Shown: piece by piece, positions 30,651 through 40,628 of the stretch
How the letters are laid out: every line of letters starts with the position of its first letter
Position numbering within the stretch: position 1 is the stretch's first letter
Origin: an uncultured Candidatus Saccharibacteria bacterium
GTDB lineage: Bacteria > Patescibacteriota > Saccharimonadia > Saccharimonadales > VXPC01
NCBI GenBank assembly: GCA_964534605.1
Contig: CAZHOS010000001.1
Coordinates: 39,198-103,197 of the forward strand
Direction: 5' to 3'
Length of the DNA stretch: 64,000 nucleotides
The notes under the pieces: model-generated
What the model saw: only the letters and a program-made list of their open reading frames with translations
What the model was told of the DNA's origin: nothing
The model's database searches: none
Made by a program: the position numbers and the translations under genes

Positions 30651-32684
30651 TCAAGTCTTCAGAGCAAGGCCATCACGCAAAAGTAATGCGTTTTGGTTAG
30701 AGTCGCGCCCCAAGAAATCACGCACAAGTACATCTGGATCGTACTCGTCGCCACGTGCCAAAACCTTGTCTCTGTACTGGGCACCGATGCTTGGGTCAAG
30801 CACTTCAGGTGCATTGGCGAATCTAGTATACATATCTGCTTCTATTGATTCTGCCCACTTGTAAGAGTAGTAGCCAGCTGCATACCCCCCAGCAAATATG
30901 TGACCAAATACATGTATTAACTGTGAGTCGGAAGGTTCTTTGGCCGGGCTAATGTCTGTACTTACTTTTTGATAAAAGTCTGTGACTGTGATGTCTGTAG
31001 TGTGGAGCTCTCGATGTAGTCGTAGGTCTGCCTCACTTAGAATAGATTGCCTTATAGTGCCGCTACATACTCTAAAATTACGCGCCTGCTTTAGCTTAGC
31101 AATAAGGTCTTTAGGTATTGGGTCGCCTGTGGCATGATGCTTGCCCATCATCGCTAGGACTTCGTCCTCCCAAACAAAATTCTCCATAATCTGTGATGGA
31201 GCCTCTACAAAGTCCCACTTGGTGGCCATCATGCTTTGCTCTTTTAGCTCTGTAGAGCTGAATGCTAGATGCATAAAATGACCAAACTCGTGCCAGATCG
31301 TCTCAACGTCGCGCATATTAAGTAGCGCCGGGCTAGACTTCGTAGGCTTGGGCATATTGCCGCAGACTAATCCCTGGTGGGGCTGGTCATAATTCCCACC
31401 TGCACGGTTAGCAACATAGAGCTGATTCATCCAGGCGCCTGGCTTTTTGCCCGGGCGTGCAAACCAGTCACACCATACGACAGCAATATGTCGCTCTTTA
31501 ACGTCAAAGATGTCGTAAACTTTGACATCATGATGCCATTTTTGCTGAACTTTATTCTCTTTAAAGCTGACCCCGTATAGCTTGCTAAGCGCCTCAAACA
31601 TGCCTGAGAGCACCTGGTTGATAGGTAGGTAGGGCTTTACATCGTCTTCTTCTACATCAAAAAGGCTTTTTTTGAACAAGTTTGCATAGTAAGCACCACT
31701 TGAGAAGACCTCGTAGCTAGGTACCGTCGCCTGATCATCCTGCTCATACTCCTGGATGAACCGTTCAAGGTCTGCGTATTCTTTGGCAGCCCCCTCCTGA
31801 TAAAGCTTGCGCATATCCTGTATGAATTGCAAGGCAATATCACCAGTTTTGGCCATTTTATTGGCAGTATTTAGATCGGCATAGTCCTTGAACCCAAGCT
31901 TTATAGCTAGCTGATGGCGTAGTTTGAGGATCTCTGATGCTATAGGCTCATTCACGCCATCGTTCCGCTCATTTACCATTTTTGAGTATGCGTCACGTGT
32001 TGTTTTTATATTAGCCTTAGACAGTACTTCAATCGATAAAGGCTGATTAAAGACAAGTGCATAACCCTTACGTCCGTCATCTTTTGCCTGTTTAGCAGCA
32101 TCCTTGATGATGTCTTTTGTAAGTCCGTCTAGGTCTTCAACGTTCTCAAGATACAGCCTTGCATCATCGTTCTTTTTGGTAACATTCTGTGAGTAAATTG
32201 TACTGAGTTCCGACAAACGTTGATTAATCTTTTTTATCTCATCTCGATCTACCTGAGGCAAAAGTATGCCACCTCGTTCGTAACTTTCTAATAAATCTTT
32301 TAGGTACCTTTTTTGGGCTGCAGTGTGATTTTCTTTATTTTGGGTGGCAACAGCCTGCAACATGTCGTAGATTCTCTTATCCGCACTCAGTTCGGTGTAA
32401 AATTCGGATATTAACTTAGTACACTCGAGGTCTACACTACTCCATGGCTCGCCCAACACACTCTCTAGGTGCGAAACTACACCGTACACGTACCCTGCTT
32501 CGTCCGACATGTCACTATGAGCTTGCACTGTATTTGCGTAATCTCTGTCTTGCTTAGCAATACTTAATATCGCTTCTAGGCGCTCCTTGGCCTCTGCGAT
32601 ATGTGCTTTTAGGGCTGGTACGGCGTCTTCTGGCTTATACTCGTCGAAGCAAAACTGGTTAATCGGTCGCTGAAAACTATTCAT
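30651..32684 (-). CDS. M3-family oligopeptidase A-like metallopeptidase
   Basis: HEFGH, WDFVEAPSQIMEN, GGYAAGYYSYKWAE; probable start MNSFQR. Confidence 0.93.
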   Translation of the reverse strand: MNSFQRPINQFCFDEYKPEDAVPALKAHIAEAKERLEAILSIAKQDRDYANTVQAHSDMSDEAGYVYGVVSHLESVLGEPWSSVDLECTKLISEFYTELSADKRIYDMLQAVATQNKENHTAAQKRYLKDLLESYERGGILLPQVDRDEIKKINQRLSELSTIYSQNVTKKNDDARLYLENVEDLDGLTKDIIKDAAKQAKDDGRKGYALVFNQPLSIEVLSKANIKTTRDAYSKMVNERNDGVNEPIASEILKLRHQLAIKLGFKDYADLNTANKMAKTGDIALQFIQDMRKLYQEGAAKEYADLERFIQEYEQDDQATVPSYEVFSSGAYYANLFKKSLFDVEEDDVKPYLPINQVLSGMFEALSKLYGVSFKENKVQQKWHHDVKVYDIFDVKERHIAVVWCDWFARPGKKPGAWMNQLYVANRAGGNYDQPHQGLVCGNMPKPTKSSPALLNMRDVETIWHEFGHFMHLAFSSTELKEQSMMATKWDFVEAPSQIMENFVWEDEVLAMMGKHHATGDPIPKDLIAKLKQARNFRVCSGTIRQSILSEADLRLHRELHTTDITVTDFYQKVSTDISPAKEPSDSQLIHVFGHIFAGGYAAGYYSYKWAESIEADMYTRFANAPEVLDPSIGAQYRDKVLARGDEYDPDVLVRDFLGRDSNQNALLLRDGLALKT

Positions 32685-32824
32685 AAATATCAAACCAGTA
32701 TACAGGATAGATACACGCAATAACATTTTTTGATTGTGGACAAATTCTAGACACCAGACAGGACTTAATCCGTGCCTAAAAACAGGTAACCAATAATCAT
32801 ATAGCCCTACGCTACAAAGGTGGA

Positions 32825-32848
32825 AACCCACCGATTTCTCGGTGGGTT
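32825..32848 (-). terminator. Terminator of 2-TM cassette gene A
   Basis: AACCCACCGA-GAAA-TCGGTGGGTT. Confidence 0.75.
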
Positions 32849-32870
32849 CTTCTCACATTTCCCTGGGTGC

Positions 32871-33293
32871 TCAAAGTCTTTGGTACAAATTTCCTTCAGA
32901 AACATGAAACTCATAAAGGCTGTCGACGTCTGAAGACTTCACTAAAAACCTAGAGACTACCCCTTCAATAGTGAACTCTGCACTAGAACTCTTTGCACTT
33001 GCAGTTGTCTGGGCATACAGCAATATTGCTGGTTGTACGTAGGACTTGTAGTACCAAGTCTGTAAACCCCAGAAAAAGATAGAAAGACTTACAGCTCCTG
33101 TAATCCCAAAGCCGAAGAAGTTGTAGCTTAGTTCTTGGCTCTTGATAACAAGCTCCAAGAGCACCATTAACAAAAACGCAGGAATGGAAGCAGTCGCAAA
33201 GAACATTGCAACCCAAAAGAAAGAGTGAGTCTTGTTCTTGCTCAGATAGCTTGCTCGAGCCTGTTGTGGTGTGAGGTGCTTCGTGTTATTCAT
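32871..33293 (-). CDS. Hypothetical 2-TM protein (cassette gene A)
   Basis: AGGAGGT SD, TTGTAA-17-TATAAT promoter (33344-33372), two hydrophobic segments. Confidence 0.8.
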   Translation of the reverse strand: MNNTKHLTPQQARASYLSKNKTHSFFWVAMFFATASIPAFLLMVLLELVIKSQELSYNFFGFGITGAVSLSIFFWGLQTWYYKSYVQPAILLYAQTTASAKSSSAEFTIEGVVSRFLVKSSDVDSLYEFHVSEGNLYQRL

Positions 33294-33372
33294 TGCTTGG
33301 ACCTCCTGGGTCGTAGACGTATAGAACTAACGAATCAATATATATTATAGAAGATTTTTACACAAATTACAA

Positions 33373-33705
33373 CTAGATTTCTAGGATTTGTATTTGGGCC
33401 TTGCTGTCGACGCTGGCGGCCATGAGGCGATAGTCGCCAGCCCATTTTTGCTCGGACACCCAAATTTCTGCTGCGTAGGCCATTTGCTTGAGCTTGCGTG
33501 GGCCAATGCAGTCAAACCCATCTCCAAAGTTGCGTGATCCTCGATATTTTACTTCTGTCATGTAAGCACAGCCGTCCTTTGTGCTGACTATATCTATTTC
33601 GCACCGTCTGGTGCGCCAGTTTTTAGCGATAACTTTATGCCCTCTTGACTGTAGTTCGCGGACGACTAAGCCTTCTGCCTCTTGACCTACCGACGTAGTG
33701 CTCAT
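33373..33705 (-). CDS. yraN: YraN (UPF0102) family protein
   Basis: GQEAE, NWRTRRCEIDIV, EVKYR; follows rnhB. Confidence 0.9.
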   Translation of the reverse strand: MSTTSVGQEAEGLVVRELQSRGHKVIAKNWRTRRCEIDIVSTKDGCAYMTEVKYRGSRNFGDGFDCIGPRKLKQMAYAAEIWVSEQKWAGDYRLMAASVDSKAQIQILEI

Positions 33706-34274
33706 ACCTTTAGCCTCTTTGCGCCGTCTGCTACCGGCTTGTAGCTATACCTATGGATATTCTTAAGCGGACCATACAACCGCAAAGCTTCCCGGTGTGC
33801 GGCTGTACCGTAGCCTTTGTGCGACCCCAGCTGATAGTCAGGATAGTCAGTGTCTAAGCCATGCATATACCTATCGCGCGTCACCTTAGCAACGATGCTC
33901 GCAGCCATGACTCCTTGATACCTGGCATCTGCCTTGACTACTGCCACTGCACGCGGGTCATCAATATACAGCAGTGAGCCGTCGATAATAATACTGTCCA
34001 CATCCTGGCTATTCACCTCATCTAAGGCAGTCTGCATTGTGTGTTTCTGGGCCCATGTAAGACCATGCTCATCAATTTGCTGGGCAGACGCCGTCCCCAC
34101 GCCGACTTCTGCAAAGTCCATAATCTGATCGTATAGTTCGTCTCGCTTAGCCGGTGTGAGCTGTTTAGAATCGTTGAGCGCTGGTATAGGACGCTTGAGG
34201 ATAACTGCGGCAGAAATCAGAGGACCTGCCCAGGCACCCCGCCCTGCCTCATCAATACCTACGATTCTTTTCAT
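33702..34274 (-). CDS. rnhB: Ribonuclease HII
   Basis: GIDEAGRG, DSKQL, AASIVAKVTRD, HKGYGT. Confidence 0.97.
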   Translation of the reverse strand: MKRIVGIDEAGRGAWAGPLISAAVILKRPIPALNDSKQLTPAKRDELYDQIMDFAEVGVGTASAQQIDEHGLTWAQKHTMQTALDEVNSQDVDSIIIDGSLLYIDDPRAVAVVKADARYQGVMAASIVAKVTRDRYMHGLDTDYPDYQLGSHKGYGTAAHREALRLYGPLKNIHRYSYKPVADGAKRLKV

Positions 34275-34280
34275 GCTTCA

Positions 34281-34326
34281 AGTATATAGAAAACACCCCG
34301 ACATTGCGGGGTGTTTTCTATATACT
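34281..34326. terminator. 20-bp perfect inverted repeat / rplS terminator
   Basis: AGTATATAGAAAACACCCCG-acattg-CGGGGTGTTTTCTATATACT. Confidence 0.8.
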
Positions 34327-34331
34327 GGCTA

Positions 34332-34859
34332 CTACTTGTCTTCTTTTTTGGCTTCTGGTTTTGGTACTTCGGCGGGTTTTTCTTCAGCTTTAGGTGTCTC
34401 TTTTGCTGGAGCTTCTGACTTCTCCTCTGTAGGTTTGTCGGATTCTTCTTTTGGAGCTTCTGGCTCTTCTGCAGGAGCTTCCTCGACAGTGTTTACTTCG
34501 TCGCGGTCAAAGTCGACGGCGGCTAGACGAGTTGCCTTACCAGTAAGCTCACGGATGTAGCTAAGGTAGTTACGGCGGACATTGCTACGCTTAACGATCT
34601 CTACCTTGACAATGCTCGGACTGTGCATCATGTAGCCGCGCTCGACAGCTACACCGCTGGCGATCTTGCGCACAGTAATGCGGTAAGTAAGGGAGTTCTT
34701 GCGATCTACGCGGATAACAAGGCCTTCAAAGACTTGGACACGCTCTTTGTTGCCCTCTTTGATCTTTTGGTGCACACGAACTGTGTCACCACTCTGTACA
34801 CGCACCACTGAGTGCTTAGCGTACTTGGCCTCGACTTGCTTAATTAGATCTAAACTCAT
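34332..34859 (-). CDS. rplS: 50S ribosomal protein L19 with E/K/P/A-rich C-terminal tail
   Basis: GDTVRVHQKIKEGNKERVQVFEG, VRRNYLSYIR. Confidence 0.97.
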   Translation of the reverse strand: MSLDLIKQVEAKYAKHSVVRVQSGDTVRVHQKIKEGNKERVQVFEGLVIRVDRKNSLTYRITVRKIASGVAVERGYMMHSPSIVKVEIVKRSNVRRNYLSYIRELTGKATRLAAVDFDRDEVNTVEEAPAEEPEAPKEESDKPTEEKSEAPAKETPKAEEKPAEVPKPEAKKEDK

Positions 34860-34929
34860 AACCAAAAAACTTTAACAGATACGGACCGAAGTTGCAATAC
34901 TTTTAGGGCAAGAGGGCTTCGAACTAGTG

Positions 34930-35481
34930 TTAGGGTCTGTGTATATATTCTGAATGCAGAGACAGGCTGCTTAAAATATCGTCTACCCTTCCGCTGTCGT
35001 CAAGAACTGCCTGCAGGACCGGGCGGGCACCTGCAGATTCGCTGCTGTGCACCCTATCGAGGCCCTCTTCGTATAATTCTGCGAGCCGATCGTTATCTAA
35101 ACCAGGCTCGCCAATAGTTATACGAGCAAGAGGTACCGAGCAATGATGACCCTTTTTGCCCTTGAATACTTTAGATTCACATATGCCATCTACGACCCTG
35201 TGTCTTGTTGCATCTGGATACGTATCTGCATATATCGTCGATACATCGTTTTGGTCCTTCCGAGAAAAGCCCATCACATAGCAAGCGAGCACGCCTGGAC
35301 CATGTCCTCTTGTGTAGCTTGGCGACAGGCCATCAGGGAGATCTATGACGTGTCCACTACGCCAAAAGCTATTTAGGAAAAGTTTGCTGAAGTTATGGCT
35401 ATTTTGATTGGCACTCCGGATCACCTGTAGTGCTTCTTGCCATCTGCCTAATTCGAAATCAGAACGTTGAATAATATCCAT
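34930..35481 (-). CDS. Hypothetical protein (orphan)
   Basis: Fills the gap between the PilB-type ATPase and rplS; TACAAT-7 nt-ATG supports start MDIIQR. Confidence 0.6.
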   Translation of the reverse strand: MDIIQRSDFELGRWQEALQVIRSANQNSHNFSKLFLNSFWRSGHVIDLPDGLSPSYTRGHGPGVLACYVMGFSRKDQNDVSTIYADTYPDATRHRVVDGICESKVFKGKKGHHCSVPLARITIGEPGLDNDRLAELYEEGLDRVHSSESAGARPVLQAVLDDSGRVDDILSSLSLHSEYIHRP

Positions 35482-35550
35482 ACAAATCATTGTAGCTCTT
35501 GTGTAAAACATAAGAAAGCATGAGCATGCCCTCCCAGCTATTGTCATCTG

Positions 35551-37146
35551 CTAGCGAACTACTCTATATATCTCTTCGATAGTCGTCTCGCCAGCTAGGG
35601 CGCGCAAGATGCCGTCTTGCAGCATAGTCGTCATACTAGACTTAACTACTTCGTCTATGCGGTCCGACGATACTTTTTTGCCTTTTTGTTGCAGCAGTTC
35701 TTTGAGCTCGCTGGTCATGACCATTAGCTCTCGTATGGCTACTTGACCACTAAAGCCAAAGGGATTCTCCTCCGACGCCCCCGGACTGTAGAGGGTGATA
35801 TTACTGAGGTCTGGCCGCTGGACATACTCTGGCAGCGAATCTACGACGTCGATTATCTGTTGCCGTAGCATATTGTCAGGCTGATAAGGCTGTTTGGTAG
35901 AGTCATCTAGCTTGCGGATAAGGCGTTGAGCTTGCACGAGCCTAATTGCACTTATAAACAACGGGTTCTCGTCCGTCGCGTCTAGTATGCGCGTCATAGC
36001 CGCACTGGCCGAGCTGGCATGATAAGTACTAAGAACCAGATGGCCAGTCAGCGCTGCCTGCAGTGCGGTGCGAGCTGTCTCGGTGTCGCGGATCTCGCCG
36101 ATCATTATGGTGTCTGGGTCCAGTCGTAGTACCGCACGAAGGTTCTCGTCAAAAGACGAGCCTTCCTGAGTATTAACCGGTATCTGCGTGATGCCTTCTA
36201 CCTGGTACTCTACTGGATCCTCGAGCGTAATAATCTTGTTGGTTGGGCTGCGCAGCTCGTTAATAATGCTGTACAGTGTGGTGCTTTTGCCAGACCCTGT
36301 TGGCCCAACTATTAGTACCAAGCCAGATGGATGCTGGACGATATCGCCTATGATCCCCTGCTGATAATCGCTAAGACCTAGTTTGTCCAGGTGTAGCATG
36401 TCCGGGTCAAAGTTAAATAGCCTCAGCACTGCATCCATACCGTGTACGGTAGGTACGGTCTCGACGCGTAAGTTTACCTCTATTTCTGAGCTGTCTTCTA
36501 GCTGGAAGGACCTGTTGATCTGTCCCGTTTGGGGGTCGGCCGAGCTAGTCGACACATTGGCTGCACTAGCCAGTGCGCCTGTTAGCATGCGGTAGCGCTC
36601 TTTGCTAAGCCGGGCGATTGGGTGCAGTACACCATGCACGCGCAGGCGGATGCCGACGTCGTCATCTGCGTTTTCTAGATGTATATCACTGGCTTTTAGG
36701 CGGAAGGCCTGTTTGACAATATATGCCAGCATATCGTCGGCCTTCACCTTGTCCAGAGTCTCGCTGATATGCTCTATCCCATGCTCGCTGGAAGCGTCAT
36801 TAAGCTCGATATCGGAATACACAACCTTTTCTGGTGGGTCGTATAGCAGCATGTACTCTTTGTAAGACACGTCGGATATCAGGACAAACTGCACACGTCG
36901 GTCGTTAAACTTTGTCCGCAGACTGTCCCGAATCTTGGGCGAGGTATTGGTTGTGATGCCAAATGTAATACCGTCTTCGCTAGATACGATTGGGATGACC
37001 CGCTGATCATACATCTCTTGCTTACCTAGCAGGTCTGGATAAAGCGGTTTTTGCTGTAAGGTGCGGGTGTCTAGGTAGCGCAAACCGAGTAGCTGCGAGC
37101 GCTGCAACGTATTCGCCTCCTCTATTGCCCTTTGGTCTTGTGCCAC
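35551..37146 (-). CDS. Type IV pilus/T2SS assembly ATPase (PilB/GspE family)
   Basis: ASDIHLE, GPTGSGKSTTLY, ITLEDPVEY, LRLDPDTIMIGEIRD, TGHLVLSTYH; GTG start. Confidence 0.93.
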   Translation of the reverse strand: MAQDQRAIEEANTLQRSQLLGLRYLDTRTLQQKPLYPDLLGKQEMYDQRVIPIVSSEDGITFGITTNTSPKIRDSLRTKFNDRRVQFVLISDVSYKEYMLLYDPPEKVVYSDIELNDASSEHGIEHISETLDKVKADDMLAYIVKQAFRLKASDIHLENADDDVGIRLRVHGVLHPIARLSKERYRMLTGALASAANVSTSSADPQTGQINRSFQLEDSSEIEVNLRVETVPTVHGMDAVLRLFNFDPDMLHLDKLGLSDYQQGIIGDIVQHPSGLVLIVGPTGSGKSTTLYSIINELRSPTNKIITLEDPVEYQVEGITQIPVNTQEGSSFDENLRAVLRLDPDTIMIGEIRDTETARTALQAALTGHLVLSTYHASSASAAMTRILDATDENPLFISAIRLVQAQRLIRKLDDSTKQPYQPDNMLRQQIIDVVDSLPEYVQRPDLSNITLYSPGASEENPFGFSGQVAIRELMVMTSELKELLQQKGKKVSSDRIDEVVKSSMTTMLQDGILRALAGETTIEEIYRVVR

Positions 37147-37195
37147 CTGCCCACCTATTTTTTTATATATTCTTGTGTAATAGTATAGCCTAAAT

Positions 37196-37681
37196 ATGTC
37201 AAAAATTACATTGGTTCTGGACAATCTACGTAGCTGCCAAAACGTTGGCTCTATTCTGCGCACATGCGATGGGCTGGGTGTAAGCAGCGTGGTATGTATT
37301 GGCACCAGCCCTTACCCTAGAGTAAAAGACGACGAGCGTCTGCCGCACATGGCAGACCGCCAGACTAAGCAAATCGCCAAATCATCTTTGGGTGCAGAAA
37401 CGACCGTTAAGGTTCTTTACTACCCAAGCATAGATGATTATCTAGCTGCCTACCATAACGTAAACCGAGTAGCCCTAGAGCAGACCGATAGCAGCGTGGG
37501 GTTAAGCAGCTACAAGCTAACCGCAGATATACATTTAGTCGTAGGCAACGAAGTAAATGGCGTAAGCAAAAAGCTATTAGATGAATCCGCTCATTACGTA
37601 GAGATATCCATGCAGGGCAAAAAAGAATCACTCAACGTTGCTGTCGCTACAGGTATCGCTTTACATCAATTGTTGCTTTAA
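37196..37681 (+). CDS. TrmH/SpoU-family RNA methyltransferase
   Basis: LDNLRSCQNVGSILRT, VVGNEVNG, ESLNVAVATGI. Confidence 0.93.
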   Translation: MSKITLVLDNLRSCQNVGSILRTCDGLGVSSVVCIGTSPYPRVKDDERLPHMADRQTKQIAKSSLGAETTVKVLYYPSIDDYLAAYHNVNRVALEQTDSSVGLSSYKLTADIHLVVGNEVNGVSKKLLDESAHYVEISMQGKKESLNVAVATGIALHQLLL

Positions 37682-37710
37682 TTTTTTATTTATAATAGCA
37701 GACATTAATC

Positions 37711-38000
37711 AAAGGCTTCCGAAGTACCCTCCTTCAATACTTTTTCTCAAAAAGTATTCCAAAAACACCCCAGCGGTAATCAAAAAACAAACTAGCAAAA
37801 ACCCTACAGAAACAATCAGCAGCCTGCGGGACTCCCTCTGGTCGGTCTGAGAGGCAGCTAGAGCATGCCTCAACCAGACTAATCCTCACCTGTCTGACTG
37901 TTCTGCAGGTTTTTAGACTAATCTGTTTTGATTAATGCTGGGAGGGGCAGAAAAGCCAGCAAGCTGGCTTTAAACTTAGTGATGGCGGCTTGGCCACTCC
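37711..38000. repeat. Dispersed structured repeat family R1, copy 2
   Basis: Colinear with 25581-25867, with compensatory stem changes. Confidence 0.9.
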
Positions 38001-38125
38001 TATTGCTTCTTTCGTCTTTATTCTTACCTCTTTCTCTGGCGCAACGAGCTTGCCTTAGATGTATATTTGTTGTATAATAATTATTGATCGCAAAAATTTT
38101 GTGATTGAACTACCGAAGGGACATC

Positions 38126-38479
38126 ATGAGCTTCACGATTGAAATTCTTGAGCAAAGCTATCTGATCGACGACGATGGGAATGTTAGTCAAACGCTTGAG
38201 GGGGACGATCTAGTCCGTAATCTTGCCAATGGCAGAGGGCATGATTACCTCCATAAAGAGAAGCAGTGCACTGGGCGGGCGCTGAACCAAAGATCAAACA
38301 TCGTTGGAGGCAGCAAAACACTCAGAAATGGCCAAGTAGAGGTCTACTCGATCGTCCATATTAGGGACAAGGTTATCTCGATGTCTGTGACCATACCGGC
38401 AGAGAGCACCCTTTCAGATATCGAGAGCATGCTTTTGCTGATTAAGCAGAGAAGCAGGGCAGCCATCGAAATGTGGTAG
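38126..38479 (+). CDS. Hypothetical protein (orphan)
   Basis: TTGCCT-17-TATAAT promoter (38050-38078), GAAGGGA SD, downstream terminator. Confidence 0.7.
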   Translation: MSFTIEILEQSYLIDDDGNVSQTLEGDDLVRNLANGRGHDYLHKEKQCTGRALNQRSNIVGGSKTLRNGQVEVYSIVHIRDKVISMSVTIPAESTLSDIESMLLLIKQRSRAAIEMW

Positions 38480-38490
38480 ATTGCAATGAA

Positions 38491-38514
38491 GGCCCGGCGC
38501 GAAAGCGCCGGGTC
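38491..38514 (+). terminator. GC-rich hairpin, likely terminator
   Basis: GGCCCGGCGC-GAAA-GCGCCGGGTC; weak U-tract. Confidence 0.65.
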
Positions 38515-38588
38515 AATAATTTATAAGCTGGATTCAGCTATGCCATTAGACTTCGGGATTTTAGAGCGAACACAAATCATATTATGGT

Positions 38589-38772
38589 TAGACCGCTTGG
38601 CTTTGAGCTAGAATCGAATTTTGGTGCGGAAGCTTGGCGGTGGCTGTGCAAGTGGCACTGCCCCGACAAGAACCGTAAACCGAAATATCGTATTCTAGCC
38701 AAAGACAGAAAACCGGCCAGTGCAACTAGCTATGCTAGTTGGCAGGGCCGGCTTTCTGGGCCAAGTGGTTTA
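38589..38772. repeat. Y-shaped structured element family R2, copy A
   Basis: Closing stem tagaccgcttggc/gccaagtggttta plus two long arms; reverse complement aligns motif by motif to 40625-40808. Confidence 0.75.
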
Positions 38773-39486
38773 GCTGCGCTTTTTGGCTTTGCGCACATTA
38801 CCCTTATTACGTGAAGCAATCACTTCGTTACCACCAAGTACGTACCACATTGCACCAACTGCACCACCACCGATTATCCACCAGTACCATGGAGCTGTAT
38901 CGTCATCGACCTCTGCGTCTTCTATCTCTGTTTGGATAGAATCTATAACGGATAGTTCGTCGGAGTTGTCATCGGGCTGACTATCTGTATCGTCTCCGCC
39001 TACTAGCTCGGAGCTATCTACAAACTCTGGGGCCGTTACTGGACGTACATCGGCTAGATCTTCGTCGATAGGAGCAAATGCTTCCCAGCGAGCAAGAGCA
39101 TCTGCCGATAAGTCACCTGTCCCCGCAATTGCGTCGCTAAGAACACTAGTTGGGATTATAACTTCGTCACCTATGTCTAGCATAAATGCACCTAGCTCCT
39201 GAACTGCGCAGGTTTCGGCAGCAATGGTAGTAGCTGTGTCTAGCTGCACACCTTGTTCCTCAGCGACAAGCTGTAAGCTTCGGCGAACAAGTATGGTTAG
39301 GTTATCGCCAGCTTGAGCTTCGTAGACAAAGTCTTCGCTAGATACACCTGACACCTCCGTCGTTACTTCTGCTTCTTCGGCCTCCTGTGCGGCAACGTTG
39401 CCAGAATTAACTAAGCCAAAGGCAAAGATTGCAGTTAATAATATCCCGACCCTGAATATGTAGTTGTAACGAGCTGTTGCGCTCAT
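38770..39486 (-). CDS. Exported acidic protein with C-terminal membrane anchor, possible LysM-like segment
   Basis: Signal peptide (...NVAA-QE), YEAQAGDNL, PWYWWIIGGGAVGAMWYVLGG and basic tail; GGAGG SD. Confidence 0.8.
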   Translation of the reverse strand: MSATARYNYIFRVGILLTAIFAFGLVNSGNVAAQEAEEAEVTTEVSGVSSEDFVYEAQAGDNLTILVRRSLQLVAEEQGVQLDTATTIAAETCAVQELGAFMLDIGDEVIIPTSVLSDAIAGTGDLSADALARWEAFAPIDEDLADVRPVTAPEFVDSSELVGGDDTDSQPDDNSDELSVIDSIQTEIEDAEVDDDTAPWYWWIIGGGAVGAMWYVLGGNEVIASRNKGNVRKAKKRS

Positions 39487-39674
39487 AGATAACCCTCCAG
39501 TTTTTTTCTCAACTGTTACTTTACTGTAATCGTGCCCTATCCTCAAGTTTATGTTATTTAAGCATAAGCGTTTTGACCACTGTTTATGTATGTTGCTGCT
39601 GCGTTGTGCAATTATCAACTTAGGTTGCTTAAGGCTTTAGGCCACTTATGTTTTTTGGTACAATCTAAGTAATC

Positions 39675-40628
39675 ATGAGCACAAACAAAACGCCTGCTGG
39701 GCACACCAAACATCGCTTTGGACACCTAATGATCACATTCGGTATGTTTATGTGGATAGCGCTATCCGTCGCAGTTAACTGGGCGCCAGGATCTGCACAA
39801 GCAGTCTCGATAGGGTCTGTACTAAGTCTGAGCAACTCCCAGCGAACAGCAAACGGCGTTGCAGCCCTAACAGCCAACAGTACGTTGAACGCTGCGGCAC
39901 AAGCAAAAGCCCAACATATGCTGAATAACGATTACTGGGCACACAATGCACCGGATGGGACAACATGGTTTAGCTTTATTGTTGCCCAAGGCTACAGCTA
40001 CCAGACAGCAGGCGAGAATCTAGCGCTAACATCGTCCCCCGGCGGCTCCGCATCCGACGTTGTTACCGGATGGATGAATAGTCCTGGCCATAGAGCAAAT
40101 TTGTTAAATAGCGCCTTCACAGAGGTTGGACACGGCGTAGTGTTTGCTCCAACAGGTGTGGGCGAGCACGAGTTCGCAAGCTACTTGGTAGTTGCTATGT
40201 ATGCCCTGCCTAACACCCCAACACCACCTCCGCCGCCACCAGAACCAGATCCGCCTGCACCCGATACCAATCCCGAACCAGAACCGGAGCCGGAGACAGA
40301 GCCTACCACCGCTCCTGCACCACCAACCTCTACCCCCATAGTCGAAGAACCCGAGGAACCAGAAGCAGAAGCAGAAGAGCCAGAGCAAATTGCCCAGAGC
40401 GAACCCATCCCAGAGAATCAGTCAGTCCCAGCAGATGATGAGATACCTACCACGCCAGTTGTACCTGTCGCCAGCGTCAACCCAACCACAGACAGACTGA
40501 TAGCACCAGAGTTGGCGATACTGCTTGCCACTGTTGCTGCGGGTATCATTGTTGCGGGTATTTACTTGGAGGTTCGGTGGGTTAAGAAGCATGGACACAT
40601 ACAACACATTCACTTCCCCCACCTCTAA
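39675..40628 (+). CDS. CAP/SCP-domain surface protein with Pro/Glu-rich stalk and C-terminal TM
   Basis: AAQAKAQHM, YWAH, AGENLA, WMNSPGHRANLL. Confidence 0.9.
   Translation: MSTNKTPAGHTKHRFGHLMITFGMFMWIALSVAVNWAPGSAQAVSIGSVLSLSNSQRTANGVAALTANSTLNAAAQAKAQHMLNNDYWAHNAPDGTTWFSFIVAQGYSYQTAGENLALTSSPGGSASDVVTGWMNSPGHRANLLNSAFTEVGHGVVFAPTGVGEHEFASYLVVAMYALPNTPTPPPPPPEPDPPAPDTNPEPEPEPETEPTTAPAPPTSTPIVEEPEEPEAEAEEPEQIAQSEPIPENQSVPADDEIPTTPVVPVASVNPTTDRLIAPELAILLATVAAGIIVAGIYLEVRWVKKHGHIQHIHFPHL

Noticed and set aside
40215-40400. Pro/Glu-rich repeats in the CAP protein (and the L19 tail) as a DNA repeat system
   Set aside because: Low-complexity protein linkers with degenerate codons, not exact tandem DNA repeats.
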